Assembly: GCA_949293265.1 (NCBI GenBank)
Contig: CASFCK010000003.1
Location: 9,264-73,263, forward strand
Origin: an uncultured bacterium
Lineage (GTDB): Bacteria; Bacillota_I; Bacilli_A; Acholeplasmatales; Anaeroplasmataceae
Direction of reading: 5' to 3'
Length of the DNA: 64,000 nt
Part shown: one piece after another, positions 1 to 10,976 of the stretch
Numbering within the stretch: position 1 is the first letter of the stretch
Layout: each line of letters begins with the position of its first letter
Program-made: the position numbers and the translations under genes
Notes under the pieces: generated by a model
Seen by the model: only the letters and a program-made list of their open reading frames with translations
The model's database searches: none
What the model was told of the DNA's origin: nothing

Positions 1-1706
1 TTCAAAAATCCGGTTCAGGTTATAAAGGATTGTGTCCATTCCATAGTGAAAAAACTCCTTCATTTAGTGTGTCCCAAGATAAACATTTAGCTCATTGTTT
101 CTCTTGCGGTAAAGGTGGGACTCCTATTCAATTTTTAATGGATATTAAACATATTTCTTTTTTAGAAGCAGTTAAAGAACTAGCTGATTTTAATCATATT
201 AAAATAGATTTAAATAATGTTGACACTAAGGAAGAATTAGCTAAACTAAAATATTACAATTTAAATAATTTAGCTGAAAAACTCTTTACTAGAAATCTAT
301 TTAGCACTAATACAGGTCAATTAGCCTTAGATTATTTAAAAAATAGAGGTCTAGATGAAGAAATAATTAAAACATTTGGAATTGGTTTAGCTCCTAAAGA
401 TGGAAATACACTTTATAATTTATTAAAACAGTCTAATTATCTAGAACTAGATATGATTGATGCGAGTTTAGTAAAAAACAATGGTGATAAATATCAAGAT
501 TTTTTCATTAATAGAATTACATTTCCAATTAAAGATGTAAAAGGAAATATTGTAGCCTTTTCAGGACGTGATTATACCAACAGCAGCAATGCTAAATATA
601 TGAATAGTTCAGAAACTCTTGTTTTTAAAAAGAATTTGATTCTATATAATCTAGATTTAGCTATTAATCATATAACTTTAAATGATCGCATAATTTTACA
701 TGAAGGCTATATGGATGTTATAGCTAGTTATAGAGCGGGATTAAAAGAAGTTGTTTGTTCGATGGGAACAAGTTTAACAGATGGTCAAATTAAACAAATA
801 ACAAGATTAACAAAAAATGTGATTTTATGTTATGATTCTGATAACGCTGGTGTTACTGCTACTATTAGAGCATTTACTTTATTGCATAAATATAATTTAA
901 ATGTTAGTGTAGTTAAACTAGATAAGACTAAAGATAGTGATGAATATGTTAAAAAATATGGTTTAAAAGCCTATTATGATTATTTTAACACTCATATTGT
1001 TAGTTTTATTGAATATTATTTTAATGAATTAACAAATAAATTGAATATTAATGATATATTTAAAGTTGAAGAAATTAAAGTAGAATTATTTAAATATTTA
1101 AAAATGTATAATTCTAATATAATCACTGATAAATATTTGAATTTATTTGCTACTAAATTAGGAGTTTCATATAATTCGTTAATTAATGATTATAATAAAG
1201 ATATAACTAATGTAATTCCTAATGAGATAAGTATAAAACCTAAAGAAATTCAAAAAAATATTAGTTTTAAAATATATGAAATAAGACTATTTGATTACGC
1301 TAAAAGTAAAAGAGAAATAGCTTATCAAATTGATGATTTTTTAGAGAAAGATAACAATTTTTTAGGAGTTTCAGAAATATATCAACAATTATGGCAAACT
1401 TTAATGAATTTTTATAGTTATAATGAGATATATAATGAAGAATTGTTTAATATAATTTTAAAGGAAAAGAATTTATACGCTGATTATTATGAAATGATTT
1501 TAGCTAGTGATAAATTTAAAGCTAGATTGGATTTAGAATATAATCAAAAAGATTTAGATGAATGCTTAAATAAAATAGCTAAAAAAGCTCATAAAATAAA
1601 ATTGAATAATTTGCAAAATAGTATAAATAAACAAACTGATGAAAATTTGCAAAAAGAATTAACCTTAAAAAAATTTAACATGCGAAAACTTTATGAAAGG
1701 AAGTAA
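1..1706 (+). CDS. dnaG: DNA primase DnaG, 5' end truncated by the window edge
   Basis: The reading frame is open from nt 3 (..[10 protein letters not shown] precedes the track start). Zn-finger [28 protein letters not shown] motifs EGYMDVI and DSDNAG. Stop TAA at 1704-1706. Sits upstream of sigA, as in Firmicutes. Confidence 0.95.
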   Translation, partial: QKSGSGYKGLCPFHSEKTPSFSVSQDKHLAHCFSCGKGGTPIQFLMDIKHISFLEAVKELADFNHIKIDLNNVDTKEELAKLKYYNLNNLAEKLFTRNLFSTNTGQLALDYLKNRGLDEEIIKTFGIGLAPKDGNTLYNLLKQSNYLELDMIDASLVKNNGDKYQDFFINRITFPIKDVKGNIVAFSGRDYTNSSNAKYMNSSETLVFKKNLILYNLDLAINHITLNDRIILHEGYMDVIASYRAGLKEVVCSMGTSLTDGQIKQITRLTKNVILCYDSDNAGVTATIRAFTLLHKYNLNVSVVKLDKTKDSDEYVKKYGLKAYYDYFNTHIVSFIEYYFNELTNKLNINDIFKVEEIKVELFKYLKMYNSNIITDKYLNLFATKLGVSYNSLINDYNKDITNVIPNEISIKPKEIQKNISFKIYEIRLFDYAKSKREIAYQIDDFLEKDNNFLGVSEIYQQLWQTLMNFYSYNEIYNEELFNIILKEKNLYADYYEMILASDKFKARLDLEYNQKDLDECLNKIAKKAHKIKLNNLQNSINKQTDENLQKELTLKKFNMRKLYERK

Positions 1707-1710
1707 GATT

Positions 1711-2901
1711 ATGGATTTTGAAAAAGCTTTAAATGAATTAGAAGAAAAGGCTCAAAAAAACGATGGTATCTTAAAAGTCGAAGACCTATTAGCTTATTGT
1801 GAAGTTGATTCTGAGGATTATGATAAATTAGAAAAAGAACTACAATTAAAAGGAATAGACATTGTAACAAATACGGATATAGTTGTAGATGCATTAGCTG
1901 ATTTAGCTGAAAGTGAACCAGATATTAAAGATTTAGTTGAAGAAGAGCCAATAGATATAGAAAAATTTGATACACTTCCACCATCTGTTAAAGTTGATGA
2001 TCCAGTTAGAATGTATTTAAAAGAGATTGGTAAAGTTCCTCTAATTGATGCTGAAACAGAAACCATACTTGCTAAAAAAGTTGTTGCTGGTAATGAAGCA
2101 CAAAAGAAATTAGATTCAGGTAATTTAGGGGGAGAAGATCCGGTTAAATTAGTTGAACAAATTGAAGAAGCTAAAATGGCAAGAGATAAATTAGTTAATT
2201 CTAATTTAAGACTTGTAGTTTCAATAGCCAAAAAATATACACAAAGAGGATTACAATTCTTAGATTTAATTCAAGAAGGAAACATGGGCTTAATGAAAGC
2301 TGTTGATAAATTTGATTATAACAAAGGATTTAAATTTTCAACATATGCTACTTGGTGGATTAAACAAGCAATTACTAGAGCTGTAGCTGATCAAGCAAGA
2401 ACTATCAGAATCCCTGTTCATATGGTAGAAACAATTAATAAACTAGTTAGAGTTCAAAGACAATTGGTTCAACAATTATCTCGTGAACCATCTGCTGAAG
2501 AAGTAGCTGAAGCAATGGGAATTGAAGTTGAAAAAGTTCAACAAATTCAAAAAATAGCTCAAGAACCGATTTCTTTAGAAGCTCCGGTAGGTGAAGAAGA
2601 GGATTCATCATTAGGTGATTTTGTTCCTGATCCACAAGCTATTGATCCTTATGAATATACTACTAACGTTAAATTAAAAGAAGAAATTGATAATGTTTTA
2701 ACAATGTTAACTGATCGTGAAGAAAGAGTTTTAAGACTACGTTTTGGCTTAATTGATGGTAGACCACGAACTCTAGAAGAAGTAGGTAAAGAGTTTGGAG
2801 TTACAAGAGAAAGAATTAGACAAATTGAAGCTAAGGCATTAAGAAAATTAAAACACCCATCACGTTCAAAAAAATTAAAAGATTTTATGGTTCATGAGTA
2901 A
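1711..2901 (+). CDS. rpoD: Primary RNA polymerase sigma factor (sigma-70 family, RpoD/SigA)
   Basis: Region 2 [14 protein letters not shown] and region 4.2 [30 protein letters not shown] 1711 is preferred over the track start 1693 because AAAGGAAG lies 7 nt upstream and dnaG stops at 1706. Confidence 0.95.
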   Translation: MDFEKALNELEEKAQKNDGILKVEDLLAYCEVDSEDYDKLEKELQLKGIDIVTNTDIVVDALADLAESEPDIKDLVEEEPIDIEKFDTLPPSVKVDDPVRMYLKEIGKVPLIDAETETILAKKVVAGNEAQKKLDSGNLGGEDPVKLVEQIEEAKMARDKLVNSNLRLVVSIAKKYTQRGLQFLDLIQEGNMGLMKAVDKFDYNKGFKFSTYATWWIKQAITRAVADQARTIRIPVHMVETINKLVRVQRQLVQQLSREPSAEEVAEAMGIEVEKVQQIQKIAQEPISLEAPVGEEEDSSLGDFVPDPQAIDPYEYTTNVKLKEEIDNVLTMLTDREERVLRLRFGLIDGRPRTLEEVGKEFGVTRERIRQIEAKALRKLKHPSRSKKLKDFMVHE

Positions 2902-4249
2902 ACGAATATCTTTACTAGCATCTTATACTAAAGGGTATAAGGTGATTTGCGATATTGGTTGTGATCATGGTTTAACTATAATTGAAGCTTTAAGTAATTA
3001 TGATATTGAATTTGCTTATGCTATAGACATAAACAAGGAACCTTTAGAAAGAGCTAAAATTAATATTACTAAAAATAACCTTTCTAATCAGGTTTCTTTT
3101 TTATTATCTGATGGATTAAAACAAGCTGATATAGATTTTGATTTAGCAATTATAAGTGGCATGGGTGGATTGTTGATTAATAAGATTATTAGTGAAAGTT
3201 TAAATAAATTTAAAGGTAAAGATTTATTATTAGCTCCTCAAGGTGACAATAATCTAGTTAGATTATATTTAGCTCAATTAGGTTATATGATTGTTAGAGA
3301 AGAGGCAATAATGGATAATAATAAATATTATGAAATATTATTAGCTAAGCCAAATAAAAAGAGTTATAATTACTTAGAATTATATTATGGACCAATTATC
3401 TATCAAAAAAGACCAATTGCTACATTAAAACATTATCAAAAATTATTAACAATAAAAGAAAAAGCCTATAATATAACTAAAAAAGTAGATTTATTAGTAG
3501 ATATAGAACTCTACAAATACTTTTTGGAGGATAAGATGAATAAAGTTAATTATTTTAAAGAAAATTATTATACCACTCTATTTATTGATGAAAAACCCCG
3601 TGATCTAATAGTTATTTTTCCGGGTGGCGGATATGATCACACTTCACCTAGAGAAGCCGAAAATGTCGGTCTTAAATATAATGCCCTAGGTTTTAATGTC
3701 ATCGTTTTTCATTATCGTGAAACTCTAGATGATTATAAAACTATATTTAAAAACATAGTAGATGCAATCAAAAAAATTGAAAATAAAGTGACAGGTATAT
3801 ATTTAAATGGCTTTTCTGCAGGTGGACATTTAGCTATGCATCTAGCTAATAAATTAGATTTATATGGTTTAACAAATATAAAAGGTATTATTTTATGTTA
3901 TCCAGTTATTTCAACAAAGAAGGAATGTATTCATCAAGGTTCATTTGCTAATTTATTAGGTGCTGATCTAGCTAAAAAAGATTTATTTTCAGAAGAATTA
4001 AATGTTAATGAAAAAAGTCCTAAACTATTTATTTGGCATACAATAACTGATAAATCAGTTCCGGTTTTGAATAGTTTATATTTAATTGAGGCATATCAAA
4101 AGTTAGGACTAAATTTTGAAGCGCATTTTTATAATACTGGTGGACATGGTTTATCTTTAGCTACTAGTGATGCAGTAGCTAAAAGCGAAGATGCCAATTC
4201 GCATATTGCTAGTTGGTTCAATTTAGTTAGTGAATGGTTATTACAATAA
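2894..4249 (+). CDS. trmK: TrmK-like tRNA (adenine22-N1)-methyltransferase (residues 1-214) fused in frame to an alpha/beta-hydrolase (esterase-like) domain (residues 215-451)
   Basis: N-terminal part has the SAM motif ICDIGCDHG, and dnaG-sigA-trmK synteny matches B. subtilis yqfN. C-terminal part has FPGGGY (oxyanion-hole type), the GFSAGGHLA nucleophile elbow and GGHG near the end. Internal GGAGG 3526-3530 plus in-frame ATG 3536, with no intervening stop. Confidence 0.75.
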   Translation: MSKRISLLASYTKGYKVICDIGCDHGLTIIEALSNYDIEFAYAIDINKEPLERAKINITKNNLSNQVSFLLSDGLKQADIDFDLAIISGMGGLLINKIISESLNKFKGKDLLLAPQGDNNLVRLYLAQLGYMIVREEAIMDNNKYYEILLAKPNKKSYNYLELYYGPIIYQKRPIATLKHYQKLLTIKEKAYNITKKVDLLVDIELYKYFLEDKMNKVNYFKENYYTTLFIDEKPRDLIVIFPGGGYDHTSPREAENVGLKYNALGFNVIVFHYRETLDDYKTIFKNIVDAIKKIENKVTGIYLNGFSAGGHLAMHLANKLDLYGLTNIKGIILCYPVISTKKECIHQGSFANLLGADLAKKDLFSEELNVNEKSPKLFIWHTITDKSVPVLNSLYLIEAYQKLGLNFEAHFYNTGGHGLSLATSDAVAKSEDANSHIASWFNLVSEWLLQ

Positions 4250-4263
4250 GGAGGTTTTAGTCT

Positions 4264-5064
4264 ATGTATAAGTTGATGTTTAGTTTAATAGTCCTTATCA
4301 TAGGCTATTTTTCTTTCTTCACTTTATTTTATATTATAAATTTAACCAATTATTATTATTGGAGCTTTATTCCAGCAATTATAATATTAATAATTTTTAT
4401 ACCTTTTATCCTAAAACATAAAGTAACTAAAATAGAATATGATAATAAATTTGTTTACAAAAACTTTCTATCAAAAAAATATTGGCAAGAAGCCTTTAGC
4501 GAAGTAAAAAAATTAAAAAATTTAGTTATGATGGCTGCTTTACTAAGTTTAACATTAATAACTAAACTTTTGACTTTACCTTCTGGTTTTGGCGATTTAG
4601 GAATTTCATTTGGTTATGTTTTTTTAGCTATAGGTAGTCTATTATATGGTCCTATAGCAGGAATGTTAATGGGCTTTTTGGTTGATAATTTAGAATTTAT
4701 TATCTTCCCATCAGCATACCCATATTTTATTGGTTATTCAATTTCAAGTATGTTGACGGGTTTAATTAATGGATTGTTATTTTATAAAACAAAGCTTTCA
4801 TTTTTCAAAATTTTTACTAATAGATTATTAATTAATTTTTTTATTAATGCTATATTAGGTACAATTTGGATGGGAATTGTGGCTAATTACCATAATTTAG
4901 ATATGTATTTTACAAGGTTTTTATTTATAGCATTACCCAAAAATTTAGTCTATTTAATTCCCCAATCACTTATATTATTTGCAGTATTTAAATCATTAGC
5001 ACATGTCTTTGTTAGAGCGGATTTAATGGCTGTTGAAGTCAAAGAAAACATCGGCTTATTTTGA
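4264..5064 (+). CDS. Polytopic membrane protein, ECF-transporter S-component-like (folate-family-like) with an N-terminal extension of about 75 aa
   Basis: AGGAGG lies 8 nt upstream. The core from KKLKNLVMMAALLSLTLI..ISFGYVFLAIGSLLYGPIAGMLMGFLVDNL resembles FolT-type S components from memory. Two extra N-terminal TM helices. Confidence 0.55.
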   Translation: MYKLMFSLIVLIIGYFSFFTLFYIINLTNYYYWSFIPAIIILIIFIPFILKHKVTKIEYDNKFVYKNFLSKKYWQEAFSEVKKLKNLVMMAALLSLTLITKLLTLPSGFGDLGISFGYVFLAIGSLLYGPIAGMLMGFLVDNLEFIIFPSAYPYFIGYSISSMLTGLINGLLFYKTKLSFFKIFTNRLLINFFINAILGTIWMGIVANYHNLDMYFTRFLFIALPKNLVYLIPQSLILFAVFKSLAHVFVRADLMAVEVKENIGLF

Positions 5065-5072
5065 GGTTTGTT

Positions 5073-7352
5073 ATGGTAGCAAAAGTAGTAGTAGATGTAA
5101 ATAATCAAATGGTTGATAAATTATTCGATTATGAAATTCCAAACGAACTAGAATATGTTTGTATAGGTTCGCGTGTAATTGTCAATTTTAATGGTAGATT
5201 AGTAATTGGCTATGTATTAGAAATTATAAAAGACAGTGATTTTTCTAATTTAAAACCAATTATAAAAGTGATTGATTTAATTCCGGTTTTAAATGAAGAA
5301 GCATTGTATTTAATAAAATATATTAAAAAGCAATATCATTCATCTTATTTAGCGGCAATAGGTTTATTATTACCTAATAATTATAAATTAAAACAAAATT
5401 TAATAATAAAAGTTATTAATAGAAATAAGTTAAATCACGATTTAAATAAAATATTAAAAAAAGCTGAAAAAATATTAACAAAAGATTTATTACCATATCT
5501 AAACTTAATTAAAGAAGAAGTTAATAAAGGTAATTTAGAACTAGAATTAAAAACTGAATCAAAAAAATTAAAAACAGAAACATATTATAAATATGTTAAA
5601 GATGTTAAAACTAGGAGTTTAAAAGCTAATGAATTATTAACTTTTTTGAAAGAATCTAATGAATATATAAGTGAAAACGAAATATTAACTCGTAATTATA
5701 ATAAAAGTAATCTTAATTTATTATTAAATAAAAATGCTATCAGTCTAAAAAAAGAAAACATTTTATCTAACCCCAAAATTCTAACATTAAATAAAGGTGA
5801 ATTTAGCCCAACCTTAGAACAACAAAAAGCCCTAGCTGCAATTAATTATAATAAATTTAAAACCTATTTATTATATGGTATTACAGGTAGCGGAAAAACT
5901 TTAGTTTATATTAATGCAATTAAGGAAGTAATAAACAAGGGTAAAGAAGCTTTAGTTTTAGTACCAGAAATTGCCCTTACTACCCAAATTGCGGCAATAT
6001 TTAAAGAAGTATTTAGAGATTTAGTTACAATTATTCACTCAAAACTTACTAATCAAGAACTTATTACTAGTTATCAGAAAATTAAAAATAAAGAGGTTAA
6101 AATAATATTAGGTGCTAGAAAAGCTATTTTTTCACCTTTAAATAACTTAGGATTAATCATAATAGATGAAGAACAAGAAGACACTTATTGCCAAGAAAAC
6201 GCTCCTTGTTATGACGCGAGAATTATCGCTCAAATACGCGCTAAATATCATAATATACCATTAATATTAGGTTCGGCAACCCCAAGAATAACATCTTATT
6301 ATAAGGCAATAAATAACGAATATGAGTTATTAAAATTAACAAAACGACCTAATAATAAACAATTAGCTAAAGTTAGCCTTGTTGATATGCGCCAAGAATT
6401 AAAAAATAGGAATACATCTACTATTTCTAATTATTTGAAAGAAAAAATAACAGAAACATTAAAAAGAAATGAACAAGTTATTTTATTTTATAATAAACGT
6501 GGTTATGCAAGTGCAGTAATGTGTAGAGATTGTGGTAAAGTTATAACCTGTCCTAACTGTAACCTTCCCTTAACATATCATCGTAATAAAAACAAGCTTG
6601 TTTGTCATTTGTGTAATTATCATACGCATAATGTAGAAATATGTCCTAACTGTCAAAGCAAAAGGATAAGATATGTAGGATTAGGGACAGAAAAGATAAT
6701 CTCTGATTTAACTAATAATTTTAAAGATGCAAGGTTGTATCGAATTGATAGTGATAGTATAGGCAGTGACTATAATCTCTTTTATGAATTAGTTAGCCAA
6801 CATAAAATAGATATAGTCGTTGGGACTCAAATGGTTACTAAAGGTCTAGATTTTGAAAATGTGACTTTAGTTGGAGTTATTAATGCTGATTTAGGTTTTT
6901 TCTTCCCTACTTATGATGCAAATGAAAGTAATTTTGCAATATTAGAACAAGTAAGTGGTAGATCAGGCCGACATAAACCTGGTGAGGTTATAATTCAGAC
7001 TTATAATCCAGATAATTTCGTAATTGAAGCAGTAAGAAATCATGATTATATAACTTTTTATCAAAATGAAATTACAAAAAGAAAATTATTAGATAATCCA
7101 CCTTTTAAAAATATTTTAAAAATTTGTTTAAGTTCTAATGATAAAGATAAGGCCTTTGAAGAAGCAAATGCTTTAACAAAGCGCTTAGAAGCTTTAAATG
7201 TAACTATTTTAGGCCCTAGTGAAGCAGTCTATTTTAAAGTTAATAATATATATCATTATGAAATATATTTAAAATATGCTACAATAGACCTAGACACATT
7301 AAATGAAATCTTAAATACAGTTACACTACATTTAAAAATAACTTATATTTGA
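5073..7352 (+). CDS. priA: Primosomal protein N' (replication restart helicase PriA)
   Basis: Walker A GITGSGKT. Motif II reads IIDEEQED (DEEQ rather than the usual DEEH). Cys-rich Zn region CRDCGKVITCPNC..CHLCNY..CPNCQS. GAGG lies 6 nt upstream of ATG 5073; the track start 5061 is a TTG. Confidence 0.93.
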   Translation: MVAKVVVDVNNQMVDKLFDYEIPNELEYVCIGSRVIVNFNGRLVIGYVLEIIKDSDFSNLKPIIKVIDLIPVLNEEALYLIKYIKKQYHSSYLAAIGLLLPNNYKLKQNLIIKVINRNKLNHDLNKILKKAEKILTKDLLPYLNLIKEEVNKGNLELELKTESKKLKTETYYKYVKDVKTRSLKANELLTFLKESNEYISENEILTRNYNKSNLNLLLNKNAISLKKENILSNPKILTLNKGEFSPTLEQQKALAAINYNKFKTYLLYGITGSGKTLVYINAIKEVINKGKEALVLVPEIALTTQIAAIFKEVFRDLVTIIHSKLTNQELITSYQKIKNKEVKIILGARKAIFSPLNNLGLIIIDEEQEDTYCQENAPCYDARIIAQIRAKYHNIPLILGSATPRITSYYKAINNEYELLKLTKRPNNKQLAKVSLVDMRQELKNRNTSTISNYLKEKITETLKRNEQVILFYNKRGYASAVMCRDCGKVITCPNCNLPLTYHRNKNKLVCHLCNYHTHNVEICPNCQSKRIRYVGLGTEKIISDLTNNFKDARLYRIDSDSIGSDYNLFYELVSQHKIDIVVGTQMVTKGLDFENVTLVGVINADLGFFFPTYDANESNFAILEQVSGRSGRHKPGEVIIQTYNPDNFVIEAVRNHDYITFYQNEITKRKLLDNPPFKNILKICLSSNDKDKAFEEANALTKRLEALNVTILGPSEAVYFKVNNIYHYEIYLKYATIDLDTLNEILNTVTLHLKITYI

Positions 7353-7366
7353 GGTGATTGAAGACT

Positions 7367-8278
7367 ATGAAAATTATTTTTTTAGGTACACCTGAATTCG
7401 CGGTGCCAATCTTAGAAATGCTTAATGAAGAGTATGAAGTTGTTCTAGTAGTAACGAAAAAAGATAGTTATGGTTCACATAATAAATTAATTATGAGTCC
7501 AGTTAAATTAAAAGCTAATGAATTAAATATACCAGTTTTCCAACCAGAAACTTTAAAAGACAATTATGAGGAACTATTCAAATATAATGCTGACTGTTTA
7601 ATTACAGCTGCTTATGGTTTATTTATACCTAGTGTCGTATTAAATAATTTTAAATTTAATATTAATGTTCATGGTTCCCTATTACCTAAAAGAAGAGGTG
7701 GAGCCCCAATTCAAAGAGCTATCTTAGAAGGCGATTTAAAAACTGGGGTCACAATTATGCAAATGAGTAAGAAGATGGATGCTGGGGTAATGTATGCCAA
7801 AAAAGAAATAGCTATCTTACCTAGCGATAATTCTTCAACATTATTTTTAAAATTAAGTATTATTGGTAGAGATTTATTAAAGGAAACCTTACCAAGTATT
7901 TTTAATTATGAAAATAAAGGAATACCTCAAAATGAAAAAGAGGCAACATTCTCATATGTTTTAACTAAAGAAGAAGAAATAATCGATTTTAATAAAAACA
8001 GTTTAGCTATTTTTAATCAAGTTAGGGCATTTGCCCTAGTTCCTGGTGCTTACTTTAAATATAAGGATCAACCATATAAAGTTTTAGAATGTAAGATTGT
8101 TGAAGATAATAGTGACCTATTACCAGGTACAATAATAAGCTTGAAAAAACAAATGCTTATTAAAACGAAAGATAATGCTATAAGTATTTTAAAAATTAAA
8201 CCAGCTGGTAAAAAATTAATGGATATAAATAATTTTTTAAATGGGCAAAGAATTTTTAAAGAAAATGACATAATATAA
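7367..8278 (+). CDS. fmt: Methionyl-tRNA formyltransferase
   Basis: MKIIFLGTPEFAVP and HGSLLPKRRGGAPIQRAI. priA-fmt adjacency. GAGGTGA lies upstream of ATG 7367. Confidence 0.95.
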   Translation: MKIIFLGTPEFAVPILEMLNEEYEVVLVVTKKDSYGSHNKLIMSPVKLKANELNIPVFQPETLKDNYEELFKYNADCLITAAYGLFIPSVVLNNFKFNINVHGSLLPKRRGGAPIQRAILEGDLKTGVTIMQMSKKMDAGVMYAKKEIAILPSDNSSTLFLKLSIIGRDLLKETLPSIFNYENKGIPQNEKEATFSYVLTKEEEIIDFNKNSLAIFNQVRAFALVPGAYFKYKDQPYKVLECKIVEDNSDLLPGTIISLKKQMLIKTKDNAISILKIKPAGKKLMDINNFLNGQRIFKENDII

Positions 8279-8291
8279 GAGGTGTGATATT

Positions 8292-9575
8292 TTGTTAAAA
8301 AAAATTAGACAAACCAATTTATATAATAATTTGTTTGGCTTTGAATCAAATATAGATATCACTAAAGATGTGTTGGTATTATTTAGGAAAAATGTTGTAA
8401 TAAAGAATATTGTTTTATTATCGAATTTAATATATACATTAATATTTTCGATCGTTTCAATTGGTGAAAGATCAAATTGGTTTTTAACATTATTATGTAT
8501 ACCTGTAACATATTTAGTAAATAGAACATTAAAGAAAATGATATATAAAGACAAGGAAAATTATCTAAGACAACAAATCGCTATGTATATTTGTTGTTTC
8601 TATATGTTCTTATCGGCTTTACTTATCTATACTCGTTTAAAAACTGGCTTATCTAACTCCTTTTTTGGCGAAGCTGGTTACATATTATTATATTATTCAC
8701 TCGTTATATGTTCATTTTATCAATCAAAAAAATTATTAAGATCAGTTTACCCCTGGGTTATAGTTTTACTAACTATTATACATTTTAGTATAACTTATAA
8801 TGTTATATTCAATAATAATTTAACTGCAAAAGATAATTATTTAATTATTTTCTTAAAGTCGTATGAATTCCGTGATATAATATTACGAACATTTATATTA
8901 TTAATATTTATGTTGGTTTTATATATATCCGTTTCGATAACCGAATATTTATCAGAAGAAAGAAAAAAAGAATTAATTAGACGACAAGAAGTAGAAAAAA
9001 ATTACAATGAAGTAGTTTCAGATTTATTTAAGATCGCACTTAATCCTAAACCTAGAACTAAGGCTGAAGAAAATGAAGGTTTACTATTAAGTGATATGAG
9101 CTATAAACTAGCAACATTTAATGGTTTAACTGAAACTGAAGCCTTAAAAATTAAAAAATATGCCAATATTCATCTAATAGCTAAGATAGATTTAGATATA
9201 CCTGCTAATTTAGCTAGTGATGAAAGATTTAAAAGACTATCAGAAGAATCTAAATTAGCAAGTTTAGTTTTAAGACGGTTACAATTAGAACGTAAAACTG
9301 AAGATATAATTAGAGCTCATTTAGAAGGTGCAGCTGATTTGATTGTTGAAAACAACCAGTCATCTGCTATCTTAGATCAAGTCGTTATGTTATGTGATAT
9401 GTATATTTCTTTACGTAGTGCTAGGACATATAAGCGAGCAATAAATCATAATAATACTATTAATTTATTAGAGACTGTTTATCGTATTTATTTTGATCCG
9501 TTGTTATTTGATCGCTTTTTACGTTATAGTGAAGATTTTAGAGATATGTTTGATAATTTTAAGGAGGATTTTTAA
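8292..9575 (+). CDS. Membrane protein (about 6 TM) with a C-terminal degenerate HD-GYP-like domain
   Basis: TTG start with AGAGGTG upstream. The C-terminal 170 aa align by eye to the HD-GYP scaffold (NIHLIAKIDLDIP for LHDIGKIGIPD; VVMLCDMYISLRSARTYKRA for IxAVADVFDALTSxRPYKxA; YFDPLLFDRF for HFDPxLVxxF), but the HD, HHE and GYP positions are substituted. Confidence 0.5.
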   Translation: MLKKIRQTNLYNNLFGFESNIDITKDVLVLFRKNVVIKNIVLLSNLIYTLIFSIVSIGERSNWFLTLLCIPVTYLVNRTLKKMIYKDKENYLRQQIAMYICCFYMFLSALLIYTRLKTGLSNSFFGEAGYILLYYSLVICSFYQSKKLLRSVYPWVIVLLTIIHFSITYNVIFNNNLTAKDNYLIIFLKSYEFRDIILRTFILLIFMLVLYISVSITEYLSEERKKELIRRQEVEKNYNEVVSDLFKIALNPKPRTKAEENEGLLLSDMSYKLATFNGLTETEALKIKKYANIHLIAKIDLDIPANLASDERFKRLSEESKLASLVLRRLQLERKTEDIIRAHLEGAADLIVENNQSSAILDQVVMLCDMYISLRSARTYKRAINHNNTINLLETVYRIYFDPLLFDRFLRYSEDFRDMFDNFKEDF

Positions 9576-9820
9576 TGAAACACCATACTTATACTCCAAG
9601 TGGAGTATGTTCAAGACAAATTGATTTTGATTATGAAAATGGTCATATTTACAATTTAAAATATGTAGGTGGTTGCAACGGCAATTTAAAAGCCATTGGT
9701 AAATTAGTCGAAGGAATGGAAATAGAAGAAGTTATTAAAAGGTTAGCTGGTAACACCTGCGGACCCCGAAATACATCTTGTGCCGACCAATTAACTAAAG
9801 CATTAAAGGAGGTTTTATAA
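9575..9820 (+). CDS. TSCPD-domain small protein (TIGR03905-like)
   Basis: 81 aa. Motifs [18 protein letters not shown] and [15 protein letters not shown] upstream. The start overlaps the upstream stop (TAATG). Confidence 0.75.
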   Translation: MKHHTYTPSGVCSRQIDFDYENGHIYNLKYVGGCNGNLKAIGKLVEGMEIEEVIKRLAGNTCGPRNTSCADQLTKALKEVL

Positions 9821-10971
9821 TGGCTAAATTATTTACATCAGAGGCTGTAACTGAAGGACATCCTGATAAAATATGTGATCAAATAAGCGACGCAGTTTTA
9901 GATGACGTATTAGCTAATGATAAATTTGGTAGAGTTGCTTGTGAAACTGTTTGTACAACAGGTATGGTTTTTGTATTTGGAGAAATTACAACAACTCATT
10001 ATGTTGATGTACAAAAAATAGTTCGTGATACAGTTACAAAAATAGGTTATACACGGGGTAAATATGGTTTTGATGCGGAAAATTTAGCAGTTTTAACAGC
10101 TATTGATCCGCAATCTCCTGATATTGCTTTAGGTGTTGATGATGACAAACATGAACAAGGAGCTGGCGATCAAGGTATGATGTTTGGTTATGCAACTGAT
10201 GAAACTCCTGAATACATGCCTACAGCCTATGTTTTAGCTCAAAAATTAGCTTATCGCTTAACTGAAGTTAGAAAAAATAAAACAATTCCTTATTTAAGAC
10301 CAGATGGTAAAACTCAAGTTACAGTTGAATATGATGATGATAACAAGGTTGTTAGAGTTGATACAATATTAATTTCAAGTCAACATAATCCTGATGTTGA
10401 TATGGATCAATTAGCTAAAGATTTAAAGCAAGAAGTAGTTTTAAAAGTGATTCCAAAAGAATTAATGGATACCAATACTAAATTTTTATTCAATCCAACT
10501 GGCCGCTTTGTTATCGGTGGTCCTGCTGCTGATAGTGGTTTAACCGGAAGAAAAATAATTGTTGACACCTATGGCGGTAGCGCATGTCATGGTGGTGGGG
10601 CATTTAGCGGTAAGGATCCATCAAAAGTTGATCGTAGCGCGTCTTATATGGCTAGATATATTGCTAAAAATCTAGTAGCTAGTAAAATAGCTAAACGCTT
10701 AGAGATTGAATTATCTTATGCAATTGGTATTGCTGAACCAACATCAATTGCTGTTAATACATTTAATACAAGCAAATATAGTGAAGAAGAGATAGTAAAT
10801 ATCGTCAAAAAAGTTTTCCCATTAACACCAAAAGGTATTATAGAGCATTTAAATTTAACGCGCCCTATTTATAAAAAGACATCATGTTATGGACATTTTG
10901 GTCGAGATGATGTTGATTTCACTTGGGAAAAATTAGATAAAGTTGCTGAAATTAAAGCTTTGATGAGGTGA
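9820..10971 (+). CDS. metK: S-adenosylmethionine synthetase
   Basis: [26 protein letters not shown] and [23 protein letters not shown] upstream. TAATG overlap with the preceding gene. Confidence 0.97.
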   Translation: MAKLFTSEAVTEGHPDKICDQISDAVLDDVLANDKFGRVACETVCTTGMVFVFGEITTTHYVDVQKIVRDTVTKIGYTRGKYGFDAENLAVLTAIDPQSPDIALGVDDDKHEQGAGDQGMMFGYATDETPEYMPTAYVLAQKLAYRLTEVRKNKTIPYLRPDGKTQVTVEYDDDNKVVRVDTILISSQHNPDVDMDQLAKDLKQEVVLKVIPKELMDTNTKFLFNPTGRFVIGGPAADSGLTGRKIIVDTYGGSACHGGGAFSGKDPSKVDRSASYMARYIAKNLVASKIAKRLEIELSYAIGIAEPTSIAVNTFNTSKYSEEEIVNIVKKVFPLTPKGIIEHLNLTRPIYKKTSCYGHFGRDDVDFTWEKLDKVAEIKALMR

Positions 10972-10976
10972 TTTAA

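Noticed and set aside
5640-5660. PriA helicase motif II reads DEEQ instead of DEEH.
   Set aside because: This is a single conservative deviation in an otherwise complete PriA, with Walker A, the Zn-binding Cys cluster and the C-terminal domain all present. I cannot judge its functional significance from sequence alone, so it is noted in the feature evidence only.
9575-9820. SAM-I (S-box) riboswitch upstream of metK.
   Set aside because: The 246 nt upstream of metK are occupied by a conserved TSCPD-family ORF with its own SD and overlapping stop/start codons, so no untranslated leader is available.
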